Shown in pieces: positions 1-7,904 of a stretch of 64,000 nt of DNA. The position numbers were made by a program, and so were the translations under genes. The notes beneath the pieces were generated by a model. The model saw nothing but the letters and a program-made list of their open reading frames with translations, was not told the DNA's origin and searched no databases. The number at the start of each line of letters is the position of its first letter. Positions within the stretch are counted from its first letter, which is position 1. The stretch comes from Bradymonadia bacterium. Lineage in GTDB: Bacteria > Myxococcota_A > Bradymonadia > UBA7976 > UBA1532. The DNA is taken from contig JBKAGE010000035.1 of NCBI GenBank assembly GCA_046290225.1, forward strand, positions 288,001 through 352,000, read 5' to 3'.

Positions 1-5
1 CTGAC

Positions 6-755
6 ATGGAGATGGTGGATCCCGGGCCGCGGCCAGAGACCACCCTCGTGGCCTCGGTGGTACTCACTCAAACCCCCGGCGAGGCCGCCACCATCGATGT
101 GGCCTTCACCGAGCCTGTCGATCTCGGCAACACACCAGGCTGTCTAGTGACCGAGTTTGATCCTGACGTGAGCATCAACCAGCGAGGCTACGACGGTGGC
201 CAAGTGGTGGTCACTGGCCCCAACGGCGGGCCATACACCTTCAGCCCTCAGGGCGAGGTAGCCTTCGGCCTCACTTACACCGCTGATCGAGCGATCCCCG
301 AGGACCTCTTCATCGAGGGCACAGTGATCGACATCGAGGGCATGGGCGGGCCGCACTTCGCGCCCTTCTCCAGCCAGATCTCCGCCCCTGGGGCGGTCCG
401 GGTCCAGGCGCCACCGGCGTTCGGCTACGCCCAGGACAACGATGAGTCGCTCGATGTGCGTTGGAGCGCCGGGAATGGCGACACGCTCCTGATCACACTG
501 ATCCCCATGGGGGGTGATCCTTTCGCGCCAGAGCCGATTGCTGGGCAGTGGGCTTTCTGCGCTGTCGATGACAACGGCAGCTACACCGTCGACGCCTCAG
601 TGATTGGGCAGGTGGTCCCTGCACCCAGCCCCCTCGGTAGCCCCATGCTGGTGGGCCTGAGCCGGACTCGACTGGTGAGCGGTGATGTGGGCGACGTGGA
701 CGAGGTTTCGGTGAGCGCCATCGCCAATGGCGGCGCCATCGTCACGATCCAGTGA
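6..755 (+). CDS. Hypothetical acidic, Pro/Gly-rich exported-type protein; probably truncated at the window start
   Basis: ORF is open from the window edge, with GC3-rich codon use; no family recognised. Confidence 0.7.
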   Translation: MEMVDPGPRPETTLVASVVLTQTPGEAATIDVAFTEPVDLGNTPGCLVTEFDPDVSINQRGYDGGQVVVTGPNGGPYTFSPQGEVAFGLTYTADRAIPEDLFIEGTVIDIEGMGGPHFAPFSSQISAPGAVRVQAPPAFGYAQDNDESLDVRWSAGNGDTLLITLIPMGGDPFAPEPIAGQWAFCAVDDNGSYTVDASVIGQVVPAPSPLGSPMLVGLSRTRLVSGDVGDVDEVSVSAIANGGAIVTIQ

Positions 756-778
756 GCAGTGCCCGCTGAGGAAGCGCT

Positions 779-1177
779 TCAGGGCTTCTTCTGGGACTTC
801 ATCTCCACCCGAACGCCCTTGGCAGCACCCTTACCATTGCCCTTGGCGGCGCCCTTGCCGCTCGTGGGGGCGCCCTTGACGTTCTTGTCGCCCTTGGCCG
901 CAGCCGCAGAGTTGGCCTTCAGGTTCTGAATCCGGCCGTTGTTCTTGTTCACGTGCTGCTGGCACTTCTCCAAGGCGGTGGCATCGGAGAGATCGCCCTT
1001 GTAGAGGATGCCGTTGGGCGTGCCCGTGCACTTACCGCATGTGTGCACCTCGCCGGCGATCTGACAGTTGCCGCCGTTTTGGGCCCCCGCGCAGAAGTTG
1101 CCACTGCACTGGGGCAGCCCAGCGTAAGCAGCGGTCCCGAAGAAGGTCACGGCGGCGAATGCGAGCAAGGTCTTCAT
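779..1177 (-). CDS. Small secreted Cys-rich protein with a Lys/Gly/Ala-rich tail
   Basis: Signal peptide MKTLLAFAAVTFFGTAAYA, six Cys, KGAAKG repeats; purine-rich RBS (GAGAGGGAGA) before ATG 1177. Confidence 0.75.
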   Translation of the reverse strand: MKTLLAFAAVTFFGTAAYAGLPQCSGNFCAGAQNGGNCQIAGEVHTCGKCTGTPNGILYKGDLSDATALEKCQQHVNKNNGRIQNLKANSAAAAKGDKNVKGAPTSGKGAAKGNGKGAAKGVRVEMKSQKKP

Positions 1178-1332
1178 AGGTCTCCCTCTCTCTGAGGCCT
1201 CGAGCAAACAGAGGCCCTCTGGTCAATGTGCCCCGCCATCAGTCTCCCGTGGCGAGCGTAACTGATCGATACACATCGTCCGGTCTGCTTTTTTTGATGA
1301 GGGCGAATTTTGTCTGAACAGACAGAGCAGGG

Positions 1333-2745
1333 TCAGAACGCGATGGTGTACCGAAGCGTGCCCTGGTCGTTGTGCTTGATCACACCGCCGAGGCTGTCAT
1401 CGGGCCCATGAATGATGGCTACCCCGAGGGCGAGCTGGTGCCCGGAAGCCGGGCTGTACTCCACCTGAGGCGAGACGAAGAAATCTCCTCGAGTCAGTCC
1501 GCGCTGCCCTGCCACGGTGAAGCCCCAATCACTGGACTCAGGCTGATAGCGAGCGAACATCACCGCATTGATCAAATGATCACCGATGAGCAACCACACC
1601 TCCCCCTCAGGGGCATCCTCGAGGGGCATGAACCCAAAGCACTCCACGGTGATGGAGAAGTCCTCGTGGGGCAGCCAGTCCACGCCGCCGGCCCAGCTGA
1701 CGACGGGGCTGCGGGCTGGGGTGAGTCCTTCGGTGTAGAGCACACGGTTCTGGCTCCACGCAGCGTCGGCCTTGAGGGTGAAATCGCCCAAAGCCAGCAC
1801 CCCATCGGCGCCGAGCGTGAGCTGCCGGTGGGTGGTGCTTTCGATGGGGATCAGACCACCAGGAGAGATGCGGATCGCAGGGGTTCGATCCCAGAGGTAG
1901 GCGCTGTTGAAGTTGAGATCCCAGCCCGAGCCTCTCAGGGAGAGCCGCGCACCTCCGCTGGCGTTGCCCAAGTGCTCGTCGGGGGGATTGAAGGCCACCA
2001 GCAAGGGCTGCACATCTTCCTGGACCGAGCGCGGTGTCGACGCTCGAAGACCAGAGGCGAGGAGCACGAAGGGGCTGCCGCTGGGGACAGGTGCAGTGTC
2101 TCGACCAAAGAGGTCGACCCGGTGGGGGGTGAAGAAAGGCAACACCACCATCTCTGCGGAGATCCTGCCTGCGTCATCGAAGGTGTAGATGGCCTGGGCC
2201 GCCACCTGAGGCAGAGCCGGGGTTTGGAGTCCGGGCTGCAGCCCCTGGCGCAAATCGATGGGTGCCAGCACATCATTGGGGCTGTTCGCCTCGGTCGACC
2301 CCCACCGGATCGTCTGATGACCGCCGGTGAGACGCAGCGGGCCGCTCTGCCAGGCGAGGTAGCCCTCTCGCAGCTCGGCCTCGCCCAACGCTCTCGCTTC
2401 GGCGAAGTCCCAATGAGGCGCCCGGCTTTCGTGGGTGATGCGACCGCCGACGACGGCGGTGAGCTTCGGGTTGATCTCCGAAGTCAGCTCGAGCTCGAGC
2501 TGGTTGCGCACCTCGATGACATCTTCGCCCTCTCGATCTTCCTGGAGATCACCGAGCACGCGACTCTGCCACTGGCCCCTGAAGCTGGTGTTGCTCTGTG
2601 TCGGCGGTGCCAGCTCGGGCAGCGCCGCTGGGACATCGAGCCCCGGCGCGTCGAGATCGGGCAGCCCGGGCATGCCTTCGAGATCAGGATCCTGCCCCCA
2701 GGCCGTACTGGCGATGAGCAAGCACACCAGAGACAGTCGCTTCAC
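1333..2745 (-). CDS. Outer-membrane beta-barrel protein (DUF1302-like)
   Basis: Signal peptide; ELREGYL...GHQTIRWG...PNDVLAPIDL motifs; C-terminal Phe; GTG start overlaps the upstream stop (GTGA). Confidence 0.7.
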   Translation of the reverse strand: MKRLSLVCLLIASTAWGQDPDLEGMPGLPDLDAPGLDVPAALPELAPPTQSNTSFRGQWQSRVLGDLQEDREGEDVIEVRNQLELELTSEINPKLTAVVGGRITHESRAPHWDFAEARALGEAELREGYLAWQSGPLRLTGGHQTIRWGSTEANSPNDVLAPIDLRQGLQPGLQTPALPQVAAQAIYTFDDAGRISAEMVVLPFFTPHRVDLFGRDTAPVPSGSPFVLLASGLRASTPRSVQEDVQPLLVAFNPPDEHLGNASGGARLSLRGSGWDLNFNSAYLWDRTPAIRISPGGLIPIESTTHRQLTLGADGVLALGDFTLKADAAWSQNRVLYTEGLTPARSPVVSWAGGVDWLPHEDFSITVECFGFMPLEDAPEGEVWLLIGDHLINAVMFARYQPESSDWGFTVAGQRGLTRGDFFVSPQVEYSPASGHQLALGVAIIHGPDDSLGGVIKHNDQGTLRYTIAF

Positions 2746-3527
2746 GGCGTGGCGAGGCGCTGCGGGGTGAAATCTGCCGCAGAGAGGGCCGTCTTGCGGT
2801 CGACGCTGTCGACGAAGAGGAATGTGTTGTGGCCTGTGGCTTTGGTCCACATCTGGCTCTTGGTGGCCACGGGCACGCCATCGATGATCCTGGCCTCGTG
2901 CAGCCGATACACCTTCACGAGCTGATCATCAGCACCGAAGAATTTGATCTGCTGGGGCAAAAAATCAGTGATGCGCGCCCACAGCTCGATGCGCGTGTAC
3001 TGGTCGTCTTTGGGCACGGCCACAACGTGATGGCATTTGACGCCCTCGAGCTCGACGTCGTCCTTGCGCGTGTAGGTGGCGGCCTTGAGATCACGGCTCT
3101 CCATGTCGGAGTAGCTGAAATCACTCCCCATGAAGGCCCCCTTGCGCTGAGCGCCGGCGACACGCCGTGTACGCTTGAGCGCGGGCAGGTAGAGGTACAT
3201 GTCGTCGGCGCCGACGGCCTCGCCCTGGAGCAGCAAGAAGGCAGATCCGCGCACCTCGGCGGGCTCCTGAAACCTGATCAGGCTACGGCGTCGAGCATCT
3301 TCTCCGAGCAGGGTGGCGGACTTGATCGCGTAGGTCTTCCGCTTGCCAGCCTTGTCCTGCAAAACCATGCGCACGCTGGCCTGGCCCGCCTCGAACCCCA
3401 ACGCGTTTCGACCCGTGGCCCGCTCGATGATGGCCTCGGCGGTGAGCGCCTCTGTCGAAGCGTCGCCCTTGGGCGCATCGTCGGCGGGTGGTGCCATCAG
3501 GGCGACGAGCAGACACAACGCGATCAT
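2742..3527 (-). CDS. Outer-membrane lipoprotein-sorting protein (LolA-like family)
   Basis: Motifs LIRFQEPAEVRGSAFL, DDMYLYLPALKRTRRV and FMGSDFSYSD. Confidence 0.85.
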   Translation of the reverse strand: MIALCLLVALMAPPADDAPKGDASTEALTAEAIIERATGRNALGFEAGQASVRMVLQDKAGKRKTYAIKSATLLGEDARRRSLIRFQEPAEVRGSAFLLLQGEAVGADDMYLYLPALKRTRRVAGAQRKGAFMGSDFSYSDMESRDLKAATYTRKDDVELEGVKCHHVVAVPKDDQYTRIELWARITDFLPQQIKFFGADDQLVKVYRLHEARIIDGVPVATKSQMWTKATGHNTFLFVDSVDRKTALSAADFTPQRLATP

Positions 3528-3531
3528 GGAC

Positions 3532-4773
3532 TCACCTCTCTTCGCCGTTCAGGTATGCGGCGATGGCGTGCTGGTAGACCACCTTCAACGGCACACCGGC
3601 ATTTTGGGCCAAACGGACACAGTCTACATGCTCTGGGGCCACGTTCGTGACGGAACCCTGACGACGGCCCACCTTCACCGGTACGGCACCAAAGGGTGTC
3701 TGCACAGTGACGTGAGCGCGCTTCTGCTTGACCCGACTCACGGGGAACCGACGCAGGCCCAGAGACGAGCTCTCTTCCAGGAGCACTGACTCCACAGCAG
3801 GTTGCTTCCCGGCCTCGGTGAGGGCCCCGACGACCACCCCAGGGCGGTTGCGTTTCATGTGCACGGGGGTGAACCACACGTCGAGGGCCCCGGCGGCAAA
3901 GAGGGCGTCCATCAAGTAGCCGGTGATCTCGGGGTTGAGATCGTCGAGGTTGACCTCGGTGACGAAGCACCGGGCCTCTTCAGGCTGCTCACGGCCGAGC
4001 ACGAGGCGCAACAGGTTGGGCCGATCAGGGAACTCTGCGTCACCGGCGCCAAAGCCCACGCCCTCGACCACCATCTCGGGGAAGCTACCCACCCGCCGGG
4101 CCCAGGCCTTCACGAAGGCGGCCCCTGTGGGGGTGACCAGCTCGCGGTTCAGCTCGGTGCCGATGATGGGCAGCCCCTTCAAGATCTCCAACGTGGCAGG
4201 GGCAGGGCAGGGCATACGCCCATGGGCTGATCGGATGAAGCCCCTGCCGATGGGGGGCGGCGCGCTCTCCACATGATCGATGCCCAGCGACCACAGCCCC
4301 CATGCCACACCGACGATGTCGATGATGCTGTCCACAGCACCCACTTCGTGGAAGTGCACCTCTTCGATGGTGCTGCCGTGCACGTGCGCCTCGGCTCGGG
4401 CGATCTCGTCGAAGGCAGCCCGGGCCCGGCGCACCACCTCTGCGGGCAAACGCCCGCCTTCGATGCAATTGACGATGTCGCGATAGTGATGGTGGTGATG
4501 ATCGTCATGATGGTGATGATGGTGCGCATCACCCTCAGGCGATTCCACGGCGGGGCCTTCTTCAGCCTCGCCCACCTTCACGTGCACATCTGTCGCCCGC
4601 AGCCCGTTACGCACCACGGTGTGGTGTTCGAGATGCCAGCCCTCCAGGGGCAGCGTGCGCAACGCCGCCACGAGGGCCTCGACGTCGAGGCCGAGGTCGA
4701 TGAGGGCCCCGAGGGTCATGTCCCCGGCGAGGCCGCTGAAGCAGTCGAAGTACAGGACGCGCGGGCCATGCAT
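3532..4773 (-). CDS. larC: Nickel pincer cofactor nickel insertase LarC
   Basis: YFDCFSGLAGDM N-terminus, His-rich tract, VHFHEVGAVDSIIDIVG, ELVTPTGAA, MKRNRPG. Confidence 0.95.
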   Translation of the reverse strand: MHGPRVLYFDCFSGLAGDMTLGALIDLGLDVEALVAALRTLPLEGWHLEHHTVVRNGLRATDVHVKVGEAEEGPAVESPEGDAHHHHHHDDHHHHHYRDIVNCIEGGRLPAEVVRRARAAFDEIARAEAHVHGSTIEEVHFHEVGAVDSIIDIVGVAWGLWSLGIDHVESAPPPIGRGFIRSAHGRMPCPAPATLEILKGLPIIGTELNRELVTPTGAAFVKAWARRVGSFPEMVVEGVGFGAGDAEFPDRPNLLRLVLGREQPEEARCFVTEVNLDDLNPEITGYLMDALFAAGALDVWFTPVHMKRNRPGVVVGALTEAGKQPAVESVLLEESSSLGLRRFPVSRVKQKRAHVTVQTPFGAVPVKVGRRQGSVTNVAPEHVDCVRLAQNAGVPLKVVYQHAIAAYLNGEER

Positions 4774-5477
4774 CAGCGAGGCTCCTCGGTACGCGGAGCG
4801 GTGTTGATCTGCGCCGCAGCATAGGCAGCGCCAAAGCCATTGCCGATGTTCACCACAGTGACCCCGGCGGCGCAGCTGTTGAGCATGGTGAGCAATGCAG
4901 CGACGCCGTTGAAGCTGGCGCCATAGCCCACTTCGGTGGGCACGGCGATGACCGGCCGATCGACGAGGCCGCCCACCACACCGGGCAGCGCGCCGTCCAT
5001 CCCGGCGCAGACAATGATCACCGACGCTCGGCGCAGGCGCTCGACGTGGCCCAGGATGCGATGTAGCCCGGCGATGCCGACATCGTGGATCTCATCGACG
5101 GTGTGACCCCAGAACCGGGCGCAGGCGATGGCTTCGGCGGCGACAGGGCCATCGCCGGTGCCTGCAGAGACCACCAGGATCGTCCCCAACCCCACCGCCG
5201 GCGCTGGCGAGCGCTGCACGGTGAGGCATCGGGAGATCGCGTCGTACTCCGCAGGCAGATCTTCGATCAGCTGCATCACCTCGGCGGCGGCCTCGGGCGT
5301 CACGCGGGTGGCGAGCACCCGCTGGCCAGCGGCGTCGAAGCGGCGGGCGATCTCGGCGATTTGCGTGGGGGTCTTGCCAGTGCCCAGGATCACCTCGGGC
5401 ATCCCGCGGCGCTTGAGCCGATCGAGATCAAGGGTGGCGAAGGGCAGGCTGGTGTCGGTGGCGTGTTCGTCTTTCAT
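4773..5477 (-). CDS. larB: Nickel pincer cofactor biosynthesis protein LarB (PurE-like)
   Basis: RRGMPEVILGTGKT, DVGIAGLHR, AGMDGALP, VGYGASFNG, VVNIGNGFGA; TGATG overlap with larC. Confidence 0.93.
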   Translation of the reverse strand: MKDEHATDTSLPFATLDLDRLKRRGMPEVILGTGKTPTQIAEIARRFDAAGQRVLATRVTPEAAAEVMQLIEDLPAEYDAISRCLTVQRSPAPAVGLGTILVVSAGTGDGPVAAEAIACARFWGHTVDEIHDVGIAGLHRILGHVERLRRASVIIVCAGMDGALPGVVGGLVDRPVIAVPTEVGYGASFNGVAALLTMLNSCAAGVTVVNIGNGFGAAYAAAQINTAPRTEEPR

Positions 5478-5611
5478 GGCACGGGACTCTGGGGGCAGCA
5501 GACATTGGGGGCAAGGGGTTTCGTGGAACAGGTCTGATGCACGGCACATAGAGAAAGGTGCGTTGCTCATCACCGAGGTGCCGTTATGCTCAAGTGCTCA
5601 GGAGGTTCACC

Positions 5612-6166
5612 ATGCCGACCCCCCCATCACCGGAACACCGAATCACCGCGGAGGCTTTCTTCCGCGATCAGCACCGATACCCGGATGGATGTGAGCTCGT
5701 CGACGGCGAGGTGGTGGAATTGAGCCCCATGAAGGCCCCTCATGGGCGGACGTGTGCGCTGATCTCCACAGCATTGGGCAATTTCTTCCGTGCACATCGA
5801 GATCGATATTCCAACGCTGATATCCTCACGGGTGATGTGGGCTATCAACTCGGTGACTTCATCGTCAGAGCCCCTGACATCGCCGTACATCTCGATGTGC
5901 CTGAGTACACCGAGACATGGCTCCGCACGCCTCCCCTCGTCGCCATCGAGGTCATATCTCCCAACGACCGCTGGCGCGCAGTGGAGCAGAAAGCCCACCA
6001 ATGGCTTCAGTTTGGCGTGTCAGAGGTCTGGCTCGCTGATCCGACGACGCAGTCCGTCAGCGTCCGCAGCACCACCGAGACTCGACGCTTCAGTGAAGGT
6101 GAGGCGTTGAAGTCGAGCGCGCTGCCAGCGTTTCAGCCCACCCTGAGCGAGCTGTTTCAGTTATAG
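5612..6166 (+). CDS. Uma2/DUF820 family endonuclease-like protein
   Basis: ELVDGEVV, RAPDIA, AIEVISPND, GVSEVWLADP; GGAGG RBS. Confidence 0.9.
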   Translation: MPTPPSPEHRITAEAFFRDQHRYPDGCELVDGEVVELSPMKAPHGRTCALISTALGNFFRAHRDRYSNADILTGDVGYQLGDFIVRAPDIAVHLDVPEYTETWLRTPPLVAIEVISPNDRWRAVEQKAHQWLQFGVSEVWLADPTTQSVSVRSTTETRRFSEGEALKSSALPAFQPTLSELFQL

Positions 6167-6199
6167 GCCGCCTCATGTGCCCCTGCCCGCGGGCAAAAC

Positions 6200-6234
6200 A
6201 AAACCCCCACCGCTCGAGTGCGGAGGGGGTTTTT
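6200..6234. terminator. Bidirectional intrinsic terminator
   Basis: AAAACCCCC-A-CCGC / GCGG-A-GGGGGTTTT inverted repeat with T-runs on both strands, between convergent units. Confidence 0.8.
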
Positions 6235-6236
6235 AG

Positions 6237-6363
6237 AAAAGTCAGGGCCCGACGAAGGCGGTTTCGTACGACAGGATTTGAACCTGCGTCCTATTGATAC
6301 CAAATCAATTGCTCTACCAAACTGAGCTACCAACAAAAAGCCGACGCCCACATGGCCCATGAC
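6237..6363 (-). ncRNA. tRNA-like RNA: Pro(UGG)-type cloverleaf (6263-6336) with a defective acceptor stem, extended by a long 5'/3' helix
   Basis: Minus strand reads TA-GCTC-AGTTTGGTA-GAGC-A-ATTGA-TTTGGTA-TCAAT-AGGAC-GCAGG-TTCAAAT-CCTGT; acceptor TTGTTGG/CGTACGA has two mismatches; no CCA; ends GTCA(T)GGGCC / GGCCCTGAC-TTTT pair. Confidence 0.7.
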
Positions 6364-6370
6364 GCCGTAG

Positions 6371-6399
6371 ATCATGACGGCGCTCACCCACAAAATCAA
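6371..6399 (-). promoter_or_regulatory. Sigma70-like promoter for the tRNA-like RNA
   Basis: TTGATT-17 nt-CATGAT on the minus strand; expected start site near G6363. Confidence 0.55.
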
Positions 6400-6444
6400 A
6401 CCGCTTGGGGCTGATCTCGAAGGTCCGCAGTTGTGTGAAGGCCC

Positions 6445-7752
6445 TCAATCCTGGGTCAGGGTGAAGGTCTGGTCCACGGGCTGCCCTGCGTACTCACCGT
6501 GCACCCGTACGCCAAGCGCCCGGAACGGGATGAGATCGGAGACGTCGATGACGTCGGAGATGAAAGCCCCCACCCCATCAGGGTTGTAGGTCATCGCAGC
6601 CTGGATCTTGTAATCGGGGTTCGAAGCACCATCTGCAGCCCAAAGCTCGAGGCTCAGCGTTTCCCCACCGAGCAGAGCGTCGTAGTACATCTCGGTCACT
6701 TCACCGGTGATGAGGAGCGCCGCCCGCTCGCCATCAGACTCGAAGCCCACCACCTCGACCTCTTTGATCATCTCCACCGGCTCGACGACGGGCGCCTCAA
6801 CCGTAATCTCTGCGGCGGTGAAGTTGCCAGGGGTGAAGACGAACTGCTGATGCACAGACTCGCCGTTCAGCTCACCGGTGATCTCCACGGTCATCTGACC
6901 CCAGGGGAGCAAATCGGAGGTGTCGAGCGTGCCGGAGATGTATGCGCCGACGCCGTCGACATGGAACACCAGGGCGCCGGGGATCTTGTAGTCGTGGTTC
7001 GAGGCGCCGTCAGAGGCCCAGAGGCTGATCTGCAAAACATGCCCGTCCTCCAGCGTGTTGTAGAATTCGTCACTGGGGTAGGCCACCAGTTCGATGGTCT
7101 CCTTCTCACCATCAATCTCCTCGTGGCTGATCATCTCCAGACCAGCGACGAGCTTGATGGTCTCGGGGGCCATGGCGACACACGCGGCATCGACACAGGC
7201 CTCACCTGCACCGCACTCAGCGTCGACCATGCAAACACCAGTGTCCATCGGCTCGACCGTGACCTGACCGAGATCATTGCCGTAAGTGAAGACGAAGTCG
7301 TCGTAGCCCCGCTCACCAGTCAGGCGCATCTTCATCGTGTTCCAGGGCAGGAAGTCTGACGCGTCGACGAGATCAGAGACGAAGGCCCCTGCGCCGTCGA
7401 CGTGGTAGGTCAAGGTGGTGTTGATCTTGAACTCGGGGTTGGCGTCGCCATCGAGGAGCCACATCTCCACCTTCAACGTCTCGCCATCGACTGCGTCGTC
7501 GTAAAAGGCGTCGGCCACCTCGGCGGTGATGTAGAAGGTCTCCTTCTCACCGTCGACGACCTCGTGCTCCAACAACTCCACCGATTTGATGAAGCCCACC
7601 TGAGTGGGTGTGGTGTCTTGCTTGCCATCCGCACCCGCGCCCTCGGCGGCAGGGGCTTCAGGTGCCGCCTCTGGGGCTGTGGTCGCCGTCTCGCCACCAT
7701 CACAGGCAGGGAGCAAGCAGAGGCTGAGCAGAAGTGAAGCTGTAATGCGCAT
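6445..7752 (-). CDS. Acidic lipoprotein with three tandem copies of an unrecognised ~105-aa domain
   Basis: Lipobox LLPAC; repeated W-x2-DG-x2-N-x-[DE][FY]KI...DG[AV]GA[FY][VI]S...D-x-SD-[FL][LI]P[WF]; Cys-rich linker. Confidence 0.85.
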   Translation of the reverse strand: MRITASLLLSLCLLPACDGGETATTAPEAAPEAPAAEGAGADGKQDTTPTQVGFIKSVELLEHEVVDGEKETFYITAEVADAFYDDAVDGETLKVEMWLLDGDANPEFKINTTLTYHVDGAGAFVSDLVDASDFLPWNTMKMRLTGERGYDDFVFTYGNDLGQVTVEPMDTGVCMVDAECGAGEACVDAACVAMAPETIKLVAGLEMISHEEIDGEKETIELVAYPSDEFYNTLEDGHVLQISLWASDGASNHDYKIPGALVFHVDGVGAYISGTLDTSDLLPWGQMTVEITGELNGESVHQQFVFTPGNFTAAEITVEAPVVEPVEMIKEVEVVGFESDGERAALLITGEVTEMYYDALLGGETLSLELWAADGASNPDYKIQAAMTYNPDGVGAFISDVIDVSDLIPFRALGVRVHGEYAGQPVDQTFTLTQD

Positions 7753-7904
7753 GGGTCGACCTCGGATGTGCGGGATGTGTTCAGTGATGAGCAATGATCG
7801 ATCCAACCCCGCACGAGACGCGTTTTGGCCGTGAGCAGGCACGATCTACGGGGCAGGTGGCCAGTGCATTGGCCGGGAAGGGTCAGCTGAGGTGGTCACA
7901 AGAG

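Noticed and set aside
5612..6166. Uma2 nuclease as part of a defence island
   Set aside because: Solitary gene of a commonly expanded family; no methylase or other defence genes adjacent
6251..6258. GACGAAGG on the + strand resembling the YrlA Ro-binding motif
   Set aside because: It is on the opposite strand to the canonical D/T loops and promoter; probably coincidental
6263..6336. Ordinary functional tRNA-Pro or integration-site remnant
   Set aside because: Mismatched acceptor stem, U37 and no CCA; no integrase or duplicated 3' fragment in the window
6157..6399. 80-aa minus-strand ORF
   Set aside because: Runs through the tRNA-like structure and terminator with atypical codon use
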